NCBI GenBank assembly: GCA_013265495.1
Contig: MU057887.1
Location: forward strand, 817,985-881,984
Length of the DNA: 64,000 nt
Reading direction: 5' to 3'
Origin: Vicugna vicugna
Taxonomy: Eukaryota
Both the position numbers and the translations under genes were made by a program. The notes beneath the pieces were generated by a model that saw nothing but the letters and a program-made list of their open reading frames with translations, ran no database searches and was not told the DNA's origin. This document shows positions 51,190-61,188 of the stretch, in pieces (the first letter of the stretch is position 1; each line of letters starts with the position of its first letter).

Positions 51190-51710
51190 TCAGAGGGAGT
51201 GTGAAATGGTGCAGCCACGTTGGAAGATAGCTTGGCAGTTCTTAGAAAGTGGAACACACACTCAGCAGATGACCCGGCAGTTCCATCCTAGGTATCAACC
51301 CAAGAGAAGTGAAAAGATGTCTACGAGAAGACACAGACATGGAGTTCATCACATCCCTGCTCATTGCAGACAGAAATGTCCAGCGGTGTGTGAATGGACA
51401 AATACATGGTGGCATGTTCGTTGTTAGAAATTTTAAGAAAAGCTACTGATAAATGGAACCGCGTGGATAAGTGTCAAAAACACTGAAAATGACTCATTTC
51501 GATACGGTATTATTCGTGTAGAACAGACAAAAGATCGCTCTAGCGACAGGAAGCAGGTGCGCAGTGACAGAAGCTGGAGGCCGAGCAGCAGTGACTGTGC
51601 ACGGGGAGCTTCCTAAGGCAATGGGAGTGCTCCGTGTCCCCAGTTGTCTGTGATCAACCAGCGCACCTGTAGTCTGCTGTGTGAGCATTGTATCTCAACA
51701 AAGCTCACCT
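51190..51710 (+). mobile_element. Old L1M 3' remnant
   Basis: gggagtgtgaaatggtgcagccacgttggaagatagcttggcagttcttagaaagtggaacacacac...gacccggcagttccatcctaggtatcaacccaagagaagtgaaa; ends tgtatctcaacaaagct. Confidence 0.8.
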
Positions 51711-51836
51711 CAGAAGAAAGCAGCACCAGAGGGGAAGGTGTGAGGGGCAGTGTCCTCCATCCTAGGAGCTTCTCTGAGGGTTCGCGGCAGATCTCACAGG
51801 TTTTACCTCAGCGGCGCTCTTGGACTTTGCTGGACC

Positions 51837-52012
51837 AGGAGCCCTCAACTCACTGCATGTCCGAATCTCTCAAAGAGCTGGTCCAGGACTCTGATGTCCA
51901 GGCTTTGCTCCCAGAGATTCAGATGTGTTCTGGGGTTGGGACCACAGCACTGGCTCTTTTTGGAAACCTCCCTAAATAGTTCTGATGTGGAGCCAAGATG
52001 GTGAACCACTGG
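51837..52012. mobile_element. MER5A1-like DNA transposon
   Basis: gatgtccaggctttgctcccagagattcagat...tctggggttggg...cctccctaaatagttctgatgtggagccaagatggtgaaccactg. Confidence 0.65.
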
Positions 52013-53996
52013 CCTAGACTTTTGCTCTGCATCCTGGAGAAAGATTATCTCCAAAATGCAGGTCACGTGCTTTCTCGCTGCTTCCTGAGTGACACCGTTA
52101 ATTGCTCCTCTGGCACTGGGAGCAGCACAGCAGCTCGGTGGTGAAGTGCCCAGTAGTGAGCTGCCCCGAGCACAGCGGGAATGAACGCACTGCAGAGGTG
52201 AACAGACTGTGTTTTTGTGAGTTGACTGTGTAAGCCGAAAGCCCGCAGAGGAGCGCGGCTGGAAGCGAGTAACCCAGAGGTGTACGCAGTTCATGAGACA
52301 GTCAAGGAGAGCATCCTGCTGACTTAGAGTAACCCCTACCCATGACGTTTCCTATGATTGTAGAAGTGAATCCTCACATATTCGAACCTTGCAGAACAAC
52401 TTGCGGTTGGTGAAGGATTACGGTGCCCTCTTCCAGTGCGGGTGGTGAAGGGATCCTGTAAATCCTCAGAGCCAGGTGAAAACATTACAAGTAGCTGCCT
52501 TTTCTTCTGTCCTGACTCTGCTGGGCGCCGTACTGAAAGTGTGATCTTCGCTGTGTAATCCTCGCTCTAACCCTGGGAGGTGGTGCACCCTCTTGTTACA
52601 CCTGGGAAAATCTAGGCTTCGTGAAGTTCAGAAGCGCCCGCACATCCCACGGCTGGAGGGCTGAGCAGCAGCTGTCTTGCAGGTCCTGCCGCCGCAGAAG
52701 TGTCCCTCCTGCCTCTGGGTGGTGCATCCCAAGGGCGGGCGCACCTCGTCTCACACACGGTGGTCCACTGCGTCCAGCATCGCTGCGGGCTTTGAGCCTT
52801 CTGAGTTGGCTGTCACACGTGTGAGGATGGCTCCATCCGTGGATGGAAGCCTTGTGCGCCGTTGCCACACCCGCGCTGGTCGTGTGTGCACGTCGGCGTG
52901 AGGACTCGGGCGTCTTTGTGTTTGTGCCTTTGTCTTGAGGAGCTGTGCTGTGAACTCGTTCTTACCGAATGTCCCCTGGGCTTGGTTCAGTGTGTATTTA
53001 ACGAGGAGAGGCAGGCCCGCGTTGGTGGTGTGCTCTCGCCTTAATTCCGGGCTTTTTGATTCTTGTATTACCATTCAGTCATCCATTGTGAGAGCAGACA
53101 GAATAACTGAGGTCTGGGGGGGGTTGTTTGTTTCATTTTGCTTTGTTTTGTTTCGGTCAAACTACTGTCTCTTCCCAAAGCAGCCTGGCTATTCTTAGAG
53201 GCGGGCCGCGCGCCTTGCAGGGTGGATCCTCGGAGAGAGTGCTGGCCGAGGTGGGAGGAAACAGTTAGCAAACCGGGGAATTGTCCTGCTGTTTACACTT
53301 TATTTCCAGAGGCTAAATGTTCGTTTGTTTAAGCCAGACTTACTGTCTTGTTGAGATCTGTTACGTCGCGGAAGCGTTGACTGAGCTTGGCTCCTGTTAG
53401 GAGCTACAACCTGTGACTCATTTGTTACAGGTCTGGAATCAGTTCCCAGCACGTTAGGGGAAAAAACAAACAGCCTCCTTGTTCTATGGAGTGCGAACAG
53501 AAGGAAACCTGTTAACTTCCCAGTCATTTCCCCGGCCACGGACATGAGCGCCGCACGCGGCTGCCGTGGTGGACTTGAGCTTGGTGACGCCCGGCGTCCC
53601 ACCCCTGGATTCTTTTCCCAGTGATTTTAACCTGTGCCCAGTCTTCAGTGTATAATGGCGAGTTTGTCATCATGCCGCTGTCCAGAATGGGTCCTTTATG
53701 TTACAGACACTTAATGATTTCTATAGCAAATTATCTTGTGTCATTTCATAGCGTGCATGAGAAATACTTATCTGGGAGAGCATTCAGGCGGGACCCCAGT
53801 ACAGCCGTGATTTTCAAGCACTCTTTAATTCCCCCTCGCTGCCTGCTTAAATTTCAGTTTTTAGCATGTGATTTTATTTATTTTATATTTTTGGTAAAAA
53901 CAAACTGGATTATTAGTTAAAGTGATAATAAATAATCCCCCCAAACTTCAGTATGTTTAGTGCAAATCTTGGCACAGTCATCACGTCCTGAGGCCA

Positions 53997-54101
53997 TTTT
54001 ATTTTATTTTTTTAATTTTTATTTTTTAATTTTTTTAAAACTTCTTTTATTGAGTTATAGTCATTTTACAAGGTTGTGTCAAATTCCAGTGCAGAGCCCA
54101 A
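53997..54101 (-). mobile_element. Very short young-L1 3' terminus (about 55 nt plus T-rich tail)
   Basis: T-rich tract followed by ttttattgagttatagtcattttacaaggttgtgtcaaattccagtgcagagcccaa. Its last bases resemble the agcacaa that starts the L1 3' UTR at window position 1. Confidence 0.7.
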
Positions 54102-54449
54102 CTAGTGTGTGATCTTATTTCCTTGAAAGAAAATCTTACGCATTGACTCTATCTGGGAATTCTACACCCCCATCCCCAGGAAAATGAGACGTTTTCTTGC
54201 ATTGAATAATAGGTCCTGAATACCTTATTTCTCACTTACCAAAAAAACCTGGTTTTTGAAAATAAATTTACGACTTTGCTACTTTGCCTAACACAAAGTG
54301 GAATTGTGGCAGCGTCGTGAACGTCCTCCCCCAGGCCTCCTCATGCTTTCAGGAGCCACGCCGAACTCGCTCCAGGCAACGTGAGTGTCACCGACTGTGC
54401 CCTCACCCTCGCTGCCCTTCATCGAGTGTCTGATGGGTGCTCGTCAGTG

Positions 54450-54600
54450 CAGTGGTCCGTTCCGTTCCCACAGTCACCCTTTGAAGCAGGCCCTACCGTG
54501 CCCGTTTTATAGGCGAGAAAACTTAAGTCCGAGAGGTTAAGAGACTTGCCCAAAGCCGCGCGGCTCAGAAGTGCTACAGAACTGGACCCGGCCCCCGTGC
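54450..54600 (-). mobile_element. MIR SINE remnant
   Basis: gcccgttttataggcgagaaaacttaagtccgagaggttaagagacttgcccaaagccgcgcggct. Confidence 0.75.
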
Positions 54601-55689
54601 CCTGGCTCCATGGGCCTCGCTCTTGGTGCCTTGCTGTGTGCCTCCAGCCCTTGGAACACCGCCTGTAGCTGCTCACCCCCCGGCTTTCGCATCTCCTCCC
54701 CCTGACCCAGACCCTCCCCACAGCCCTGTGTATTTGTGTATTTACCTCCTTCCTGTTCATCCTTCTCACCTCAGGCTTAATGTCACTTCTGCAGGGAGGC
54801 CTTCCCTGGGAGCCCCAGGCTATGTGGTCCCCTGGCGACACCAGACACTAAGGTCACCTGGCGTGGAGATGTGCCCGTGTTCCTGGCAGGTTTGGGTCAT
54901 TCGTTCGCCAGGAGCCAGAGAGGCTTGGTTGATGGTCCTTCCTCTCCGTGCCACCCCCAGGCCCTGGCTCCTTTCCTGGGTCTCCTCTTCACCCTGGCTC
55001 TCCTTTCCCATTTGGAGACTTGCTCGGTAGCGCCCCCATGCTGTAGGGAGGTGCATGGCAGATGTTTGGACAAGTGGGGCATGAGGGCTGCATTGAGAAA
55101 CTGTGGCTCCGGTCCCAGGTGGGGCCACTACCAGCCTGGCCGTGAAACCTCCCCCTGTGCTTGTCCCTGTGAGGCCGCCCTCTGCAGTGGTCTGACACTT
55201 CACGCCAGTGCTGCTCAGACCGCCCGCGCTAAAGGGCTTAGTATCTTTCCCCCAAAACCATCCTGAATTAGTATGTTTATAAAAGATAATACAGATGAAT
55301 TACTGGAAAACTAAATTTTTTTTAAGACATAGAAAATTCAAGCAAATTTTATCATAAGATTCAACAGACAAAGTGTGACTCAGATTGCTGGCAGTGTCTC
55401 ACCCTTTCCCACGCTGTCCTTGCAGACTGACAGTGCTCTGCAGAGCTCACTTTGAATAGCACTTAAGAAACCACAGGGAGGGTTCCTAATTTTTGAGCCT
55501 CATTGTCCTTACCTGTGATACTTACCCTGGCATTGTCAGAATTGAATGAAGTCATTCCAGTGTCTGTCGCGGCCTGGTAGATACTGGGTGTCTAGTAAGT
55601 AGTGAGTGGTTCATTCACCACCCTCCGCTGCCTAGGGCAGCGTACGGGAACTATATGTCTTCTCTCCTTTCCTGCCTTCAGCAAGTCTA

Positions 55690-58175
55690 TGTGTCACAAC
55701 CAGCTGGAGGTCCGAGTTCTTTCAGCCGGATGTGGTGTTTAGAATCATTAGTCTTATGCTGAGAATGTCCATTGCTACTGGCTTGTCTTTGCATCTAGGC
55801 CTTTACAGTAAACAGGAAATAAATATTTTTTAGGAAGAGAAAAAATAGATCATGAGTTCTTGCTAATACTTCTGATTTAGATGTAAAATTAACTGTTTTG
55901 TTACTTCTTTTTTATGCTAAAAAATCTTGGCTCCTAATAACATTAATTACCCATTTGTTTTAAACCAAGTCTCTAAACAAGGGTTCAGCATGGCAATCCC
56001 AGCGTCGCGGTGCTGAGACCGCCACGTGCCGCTGTGAGACCGCGTTCTGGGCGCATCTCACTGGGGTGTCACGTCAGAAAACTGGTTCAGTTCTGGGAAA
56101 TAATCTGTCTTTGTTTCATGTGTCATCAGATTAATTTGCTTTCTTCTGTTTTTATACCTTTATAAATTTAATTCCTCAAAATTGAGGCATAATTGACATA
56201 CACCATAATGTTCATTTCAGGTAACGTAATGATTCAGCATTTGTATATATGGTGAAATTATCACCACAGTAAGTCTAGTTGGCATGCATTAGAAACTTAC
56301 TTTTTAAAAATGTTATAAAACATGCACAGGATTCCAGAGTCAGAATTGTGTGACCAGGTACATTCACAGAGGCCCAGCCTCCATTCTGGTTTCGTCCACT
56401 TCATCCTCTGCTTTGCTCTTTAACCATGATTCATTTTTGATTTAACCAATATTAAAAACTCATCTGTTTCTCCTTTACTACACAAAAGGTTCACATATCA
56501 GCCTGTTCCGCACTCTGTTGTTTTCACTTAGCGCTATATCCTCATGGTCTCTGCACAGCAGCACATCAGTGATGTTCTCCGTTCGTTTTCACAGCTACAA
56601 GAGAAGTCTTCTGCAGACATGCCGTGGCTTATTCACCCAGCCTCTTGATGGGTTTTGGAGTTGTCCACAGGATCTTTGTTATAAACTGTGCTACATTCAG
56701 CATTGTTAATCATCAGAGCCGTGCAAATCAAAACCACAGTGACAGAACACGTCACACCCACTAGGGTGTCTAAAATAAAAAGCAGACAATAACAAGTGTT
56801 AACAAGGATGTAGAGAAATTGGAACACTCATACGTTGCTGGTGGAATGTAAAATGGGCCGGCCACTCTGAAGAACAGTCAAGCAGTTCCTCAGAATGTTA
56901 AACATAGAGTTACCATAGGAGTAAACAGTTCCACTCCTTGGTAGGTAGCCAAGAGAACTGAATACGTATATCCATTCAAAAATATGTACACAAATGATTC
57001 TAGCAGCTTTGTTAACACTAATGGTCATAATAGCCAAACATTTGAAACAACTCAAGTGTGCATCCACGGATGAATGGAAAATAAAATATAATATCCAGAC
57101 AATGGAATATTATTCAGCCATAAAGAGGAAGGGAGTGCTGGTACCATCTTCAAGGATGAGCCTTGGAAGCATCACGCTAAGTGAGAGACGCCAGTCAACA
57201 GAGGACCACAAGTTGAATGATTCCATGTATGTGCAACGCCCAGAATAGGCAAACCCATAGAGAAGGTAGATGCGTAGTTATGAGGATTGGAGAGAAGAAG
57301 AGATGAGGAGTGACTGCTGATAGGAATGGCGTTTCTTTGGGGGGTAATGAAAACGTCCTAAACTTAGCGGTGATAGTTACACAGCATCGTGAATAGACCA
57401 AAATCCACTGAATTGTACTCTGTAAAAGGGTGAGTTTTGTGGTGTGTGAATTATATCTCAATAAAACTGTTATAAAAATATATAAACTGGGCAGCAGTAA
57501 ATAACCTTGTGTCAAACATAATTTCACGTGACAACGTATTTTTGATCACCAACCCTAGAAATGGGATTACTGGGTCAAAGAGGCGCTAACGTGTGTGAGT
57601 TTGCCAGATGCTGCCCGGTCCCTTCCGGGGGCGGTACCCGATCGCGTTCCCTCCAGCAGTGTCTGAAGGCGCGTTTCCGGTCCCCTCCCCAGCAGCACGT
57701 GATGTCACGCTTCGTGAGCTGCTGTTCTGGCAGGTGGCAGACGGTGTCTCAGTGTAGTAACCGTTGGCCTTTATCTTATTAGGGGCAGATCGAGCAGATT
57801 CCGGTGTCTCCGCAGTCCATCTGCATTTCTTTTTTTTCTGCGCCATTTATGTTTATGTGTTTCATCTATTTTCCTATTGGATTGTTGGTCTTTTCTCAAC
57901 TTTTACAAGTTCTTTGTATATTAAAGTACTAACCCTTTGCCTGTGATAGCTTACAAATCATTTTTTACAGTTTTCATTTGCCTTTTTTAAAAATGTAGCC
58001 AATTTTTAAAACCTTTCCCTATTGCTTCTGGGTTTTGAAACATAGTTGAAAGCATTTTCCCTACTTCTGAATTAGAAAAAGAATTCACTTACTAGTAAAG
58101 TGAGATTCATTTGGAGTTTATCCAGGTGAACAAAATTAGGAAGGAATTCAGTTTTATCCTGTTCTATATGGCTGT
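55690..58175 (-). mobile_element. Old L1ME-like element, interrupted by a sense L1MB-like insertion
   Basis: Antisense landmarks ttgttttcacttagcgctatatcctcatgg; cctagaaatgggattactgggtcaaag; ttttcctattggattgttggtctttttc; ttctatatggctgtccag. Confidence 0.65.
56697..57480 (+). mobile_element. L1MB-like 3' fragment (about 780 bp) with imperfect TSD
   Basis: gtgcaaatcaaaaccacagtga...aataacaagtgttaacaaggatgtagagaaattggaacactcatacgttgctggtggaatgtaaaatgg...gtgtgaattatatctcaataaaactg. Flanks TATAAACTGTGC (56680-56691) and TATAAACTGGGC (57481-57492). Confidence 0.85.
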
Positions 58176-58399
58176 CCAGGATGATACTGAGGAAGGGTGA
58201 AAAGAAACATAAAATACCACTTTTTGTTTACACGTCTGTTTTTAAATATTTCTGGATTGATACAGGTGTTTCAGATAATTGCATAGACAATATTATTACA
58301 GCAGTGAGTAGAAAAATTAAGAGGGAAAAACGAATCTGTAACGTCCAGCCCTTCCCAGTCTGTCTCAGTGTATAAATTTGTCCTCTCCGTTCTTTCTAG

Positions 58400-58463
58400 G
58401 TGAATGAGCTGGATGGCATTCCCCTGATCCTGGACAGCTGCAGCATGGATGACAGTAACCCCT
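58400..58463 (+). CDS. ATXN10: Ataxin-10 internal coding exon (equivalent to human exon 10), 64 nt: VNELDGIPLILDSCSMDDSNP+1 nt
   Basis: Strong acceptor tcctctccgttctttctAG. The translation continues ataxin-10 (VNELDGIPLILD...DSNP). The exon ends at T|GTATCCTT. Confidence 0.96.
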
Positions 58464-58471
58464 GTATCCTT
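58464..58471 (+). promoter_or_regulatory. ATXN10: U12-type (minor spliceosome) 5' splice site GTATCCTT
   Basis: Exact match to the RTATCCTT U11-binding consensus, at the point where ataxin-10 similarity stops. Confidence 0.92.
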
Positions 58472-59989
58472 GTGTGGGAACTTCTGAGCACTAGTTCACA
58501 CTCGGGGGCCTCAGCGGAACAAGCCCCTTTCCTGGTGTTCACTCAGCGGGTAGCTGGCTGGCTCTCCTGTTTGCTTGTTCCCAAGAAGGAAGCCACCTTC
58601 TCAAAGCTAGAGAGCCAGAATATCTCTCCTGCAACCTGTGCAGTGTAGGAAGCAAACATTTTCAGGGTGGACAGGACATCTAACCCAGCATTCCGCTAAA
58701 AGGCGCTTTAAAACCCTGAGGCACAGCTCATTCATGGCACGTGCACGCAGCATGTCACTGATGTCACCTTTCCAAACTGTGTGTGTTCCTTGGAGTAAAT
58801 GTGAAGTTTGTATTTTTTTCTATAGAGATTCAAAGTATCCAGTCCTTGGGAAGAACGATTTTAACAGTAGTTTGGAGGCAGAGACATGAGGAGACTAGGG
58901 ACCTCAGGGATAGGGGAGCGTTTCCATGGCCCTGAGTTCTTGTTTCTGCTGGGCACTGTCCTGTGACCCTCTTACTGAAGCTGGGGACTCTGGCTCTTGC
59001 CCTTCCTGGCCTGACCACCCTTCTGGAGGCTGTTCTCCAGGGAACTCGTCATGCTTTACGGCTTCTCCAGGGAGTCGGACTGTGGGAAACTGATCTAGTA
59101 CGGTGACCGGCAGCCAGGACCGGAGACAGGCTGTTTAGGTTCGAGAGATAATCTGTTTAATTTCAAGAGCTTCCCTAGTGAGAACCAGACGCAGCCCTGT
59201 CCCTTGACCCGGCTGCCGCAGCCCTTGTGCTGATCACATGCCGGGGAGGGGTGAGTGAGGCCGCTGCAAGGACGGGGAGGCTGCAGCCCTGTGGGGGACA
59301 GTGAGGAGCCCGGGCTAGGGCCTAGGAGACCGAGGATGGGGATTTTATTTTAAAAAATGCTCACTGTGGTTTCTGTCAAGAAGAGAAAAGCAGCTGATGA
59401 AAATCATGTGCTTCAAAGTAAGTAGATTGAGAACTGCTTATTGTTTGTGCTAGAGATGCTGCCATTTGTCTGATCAGCAATAGAAAATCTGTTTTAAAGT
59501 GTCTGATAGCTCATCAGCACAATCAGGGAAAAACAAGCCAACAGCCTCAGAAGACGTTCCTTGAAGGTGCAGCGGTTGGTTCGCCGCACTGCGTCATAAC
59601 CAGGCACTGCAGGCTGTGCTCATTAGAGAGTTTTGACATTTTTTCGCCCCAAAAGAAGGAAAGGAAAAAGGAAAGAAGAAAGCTTTCCGTCACAGGAAAG
59701 CAGTAAAAGAACGTTCAGGTGTGACTGCAGGTGTTGCATTTCTTGATGAAAAGATGATTTATTACCAACAAAGAAATGCACCGTCTTACCTCTGTATCCC
59801 TGAATTGACCTTCTAGTGAGAAGAGGCTTCCATCACTAATCTTTGGCTTTTAGCAAAGACCCAAAGATTAAAAGGCTCCGCACGCAGCGTGCCGTGGCTC
59901 TGCAGATGCGCTGCGTGTGGTTCCCGCTCGCGGAGTCTTCGCTGGCACCCTCCTTGCCCCGTACTTGCTCCTTCACTTCTTTCAGGAGC

Positions 59990-60180
59990 GTCTGTTGAGC
60001 CCTTGCTGTGTGTCGCACACTGTGCACGCGTTGCTTAATCCCGACAGCGCTGTGAAGTGGGTGCTGTCACCATCCTCATCTTCATTAGCAGAGGAGAAGG
60101 TAAACCGAGGGAGCCTTAATGACTTGCCTTAAAAGTCAAACCCAGAATTTAAATGTGGTGTGTGCCCAATTTTAGCCACT
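59990..60180 (-). mobile_element. MIR SINE remnant
   Basis: ttaatcccgacagcgctgtgaagtgggtgctgtcaccatcc...cagaggagaaggtaaaccgagg...aatgacttgcct. Confidence 0.6.
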
Positions 60181-60769
60181 TTCCTAAACTGTCTCCCGTG
60201 AGTCATTGGGAGGGGACAGAACACACACAGAGAAACCCCAGTCACCAATTCACGGAGTGAAGTTACTTGAAATTATACATTGAAAATTTTATATGACTAT
60301 AGCTAACTGGTTTTTCAAATGATAATTAATGAAGCATTGCAGGATCCCAGAATCTTTTATAGTTGTCAAAAAGAGGCAGAATATTCCCTATTTAGTGTTA
60401 TGTATATTTAGTAACTCTGGAGTTTTGTTTATTAGGGCCTACCAGATTTTAAAGACTTATAAACTCTGCTTAATAAGATAGGAGATATATACTAAAATAG
60501 CAGAGCAAAGGGAGGATGATGGTTGAATGGTCAGAAATGAAGAAGCACTATTGTAGCCAAGGGATTCTGTTTTTAGGTGTGAGCCATAAGCTAAAACCTG
60601 GCCCTCCTAGTGGCCAGAGCATGTGGGGCTGCAGTGGGATCACAGAGTGAAGTCTGTGCCCTTGCTCCGCTCTGCTCTCGGGCAAGTTGTCCCAAGAGTT
60701 ATGTGATTTCCCTGATCTTGCCTCCATACCGCCCGCTCACCTTCCCCCACCCCCTATTCTTAGAGTTTT

Positions 60770-61155
60770 TCCTTTCCTAATATTTTTTTACTCATCAAAG
60801 TAGTAAGTCTGTAAATCTATATTGGGTTTTCTTTTTCGTGCCAACAGGTATGGAGTGGGGGGGTGCGACCTCTGGCCCCACCCCCCACCCACGGCGGTTC
60901 ACTGTCCCAGCTCCCCCTCCCGGCCGCTGCTTCTGTGTAGCTGAGCGACGTGCTCTGCCGCTCTTGCTTGCTATAGCACACTTCGATGCTATCTGTTTGC
61001 TCTGTCGTGACGCTGGGGTTTCGCTCTTGTCCACCGCTGCCGCTCCCCGCGACGTCACGCTCCCACTGCAGTTAAGGTCCTGTGTACCGTTGCCTGCGTG
61101 ACCGATGAGGCTGAGCATCTTCTCAAGTGTTTACTTGCCGTTTGGATTGTGTGTT

Positions 61156-61188
<33 letters not shown>

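Larger units (their letters stand above)
6767..58399 (+). other. ATXN10: ATXN10 large GT-AG intron (equivalent to human intron 9), 51,633 nt
   Basis: Phase-0 join ...NQDK|VNELDGIPLILD gives continuous ataxin-10 protein. No intervening coding exon is needed. Confidence 0.93.
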
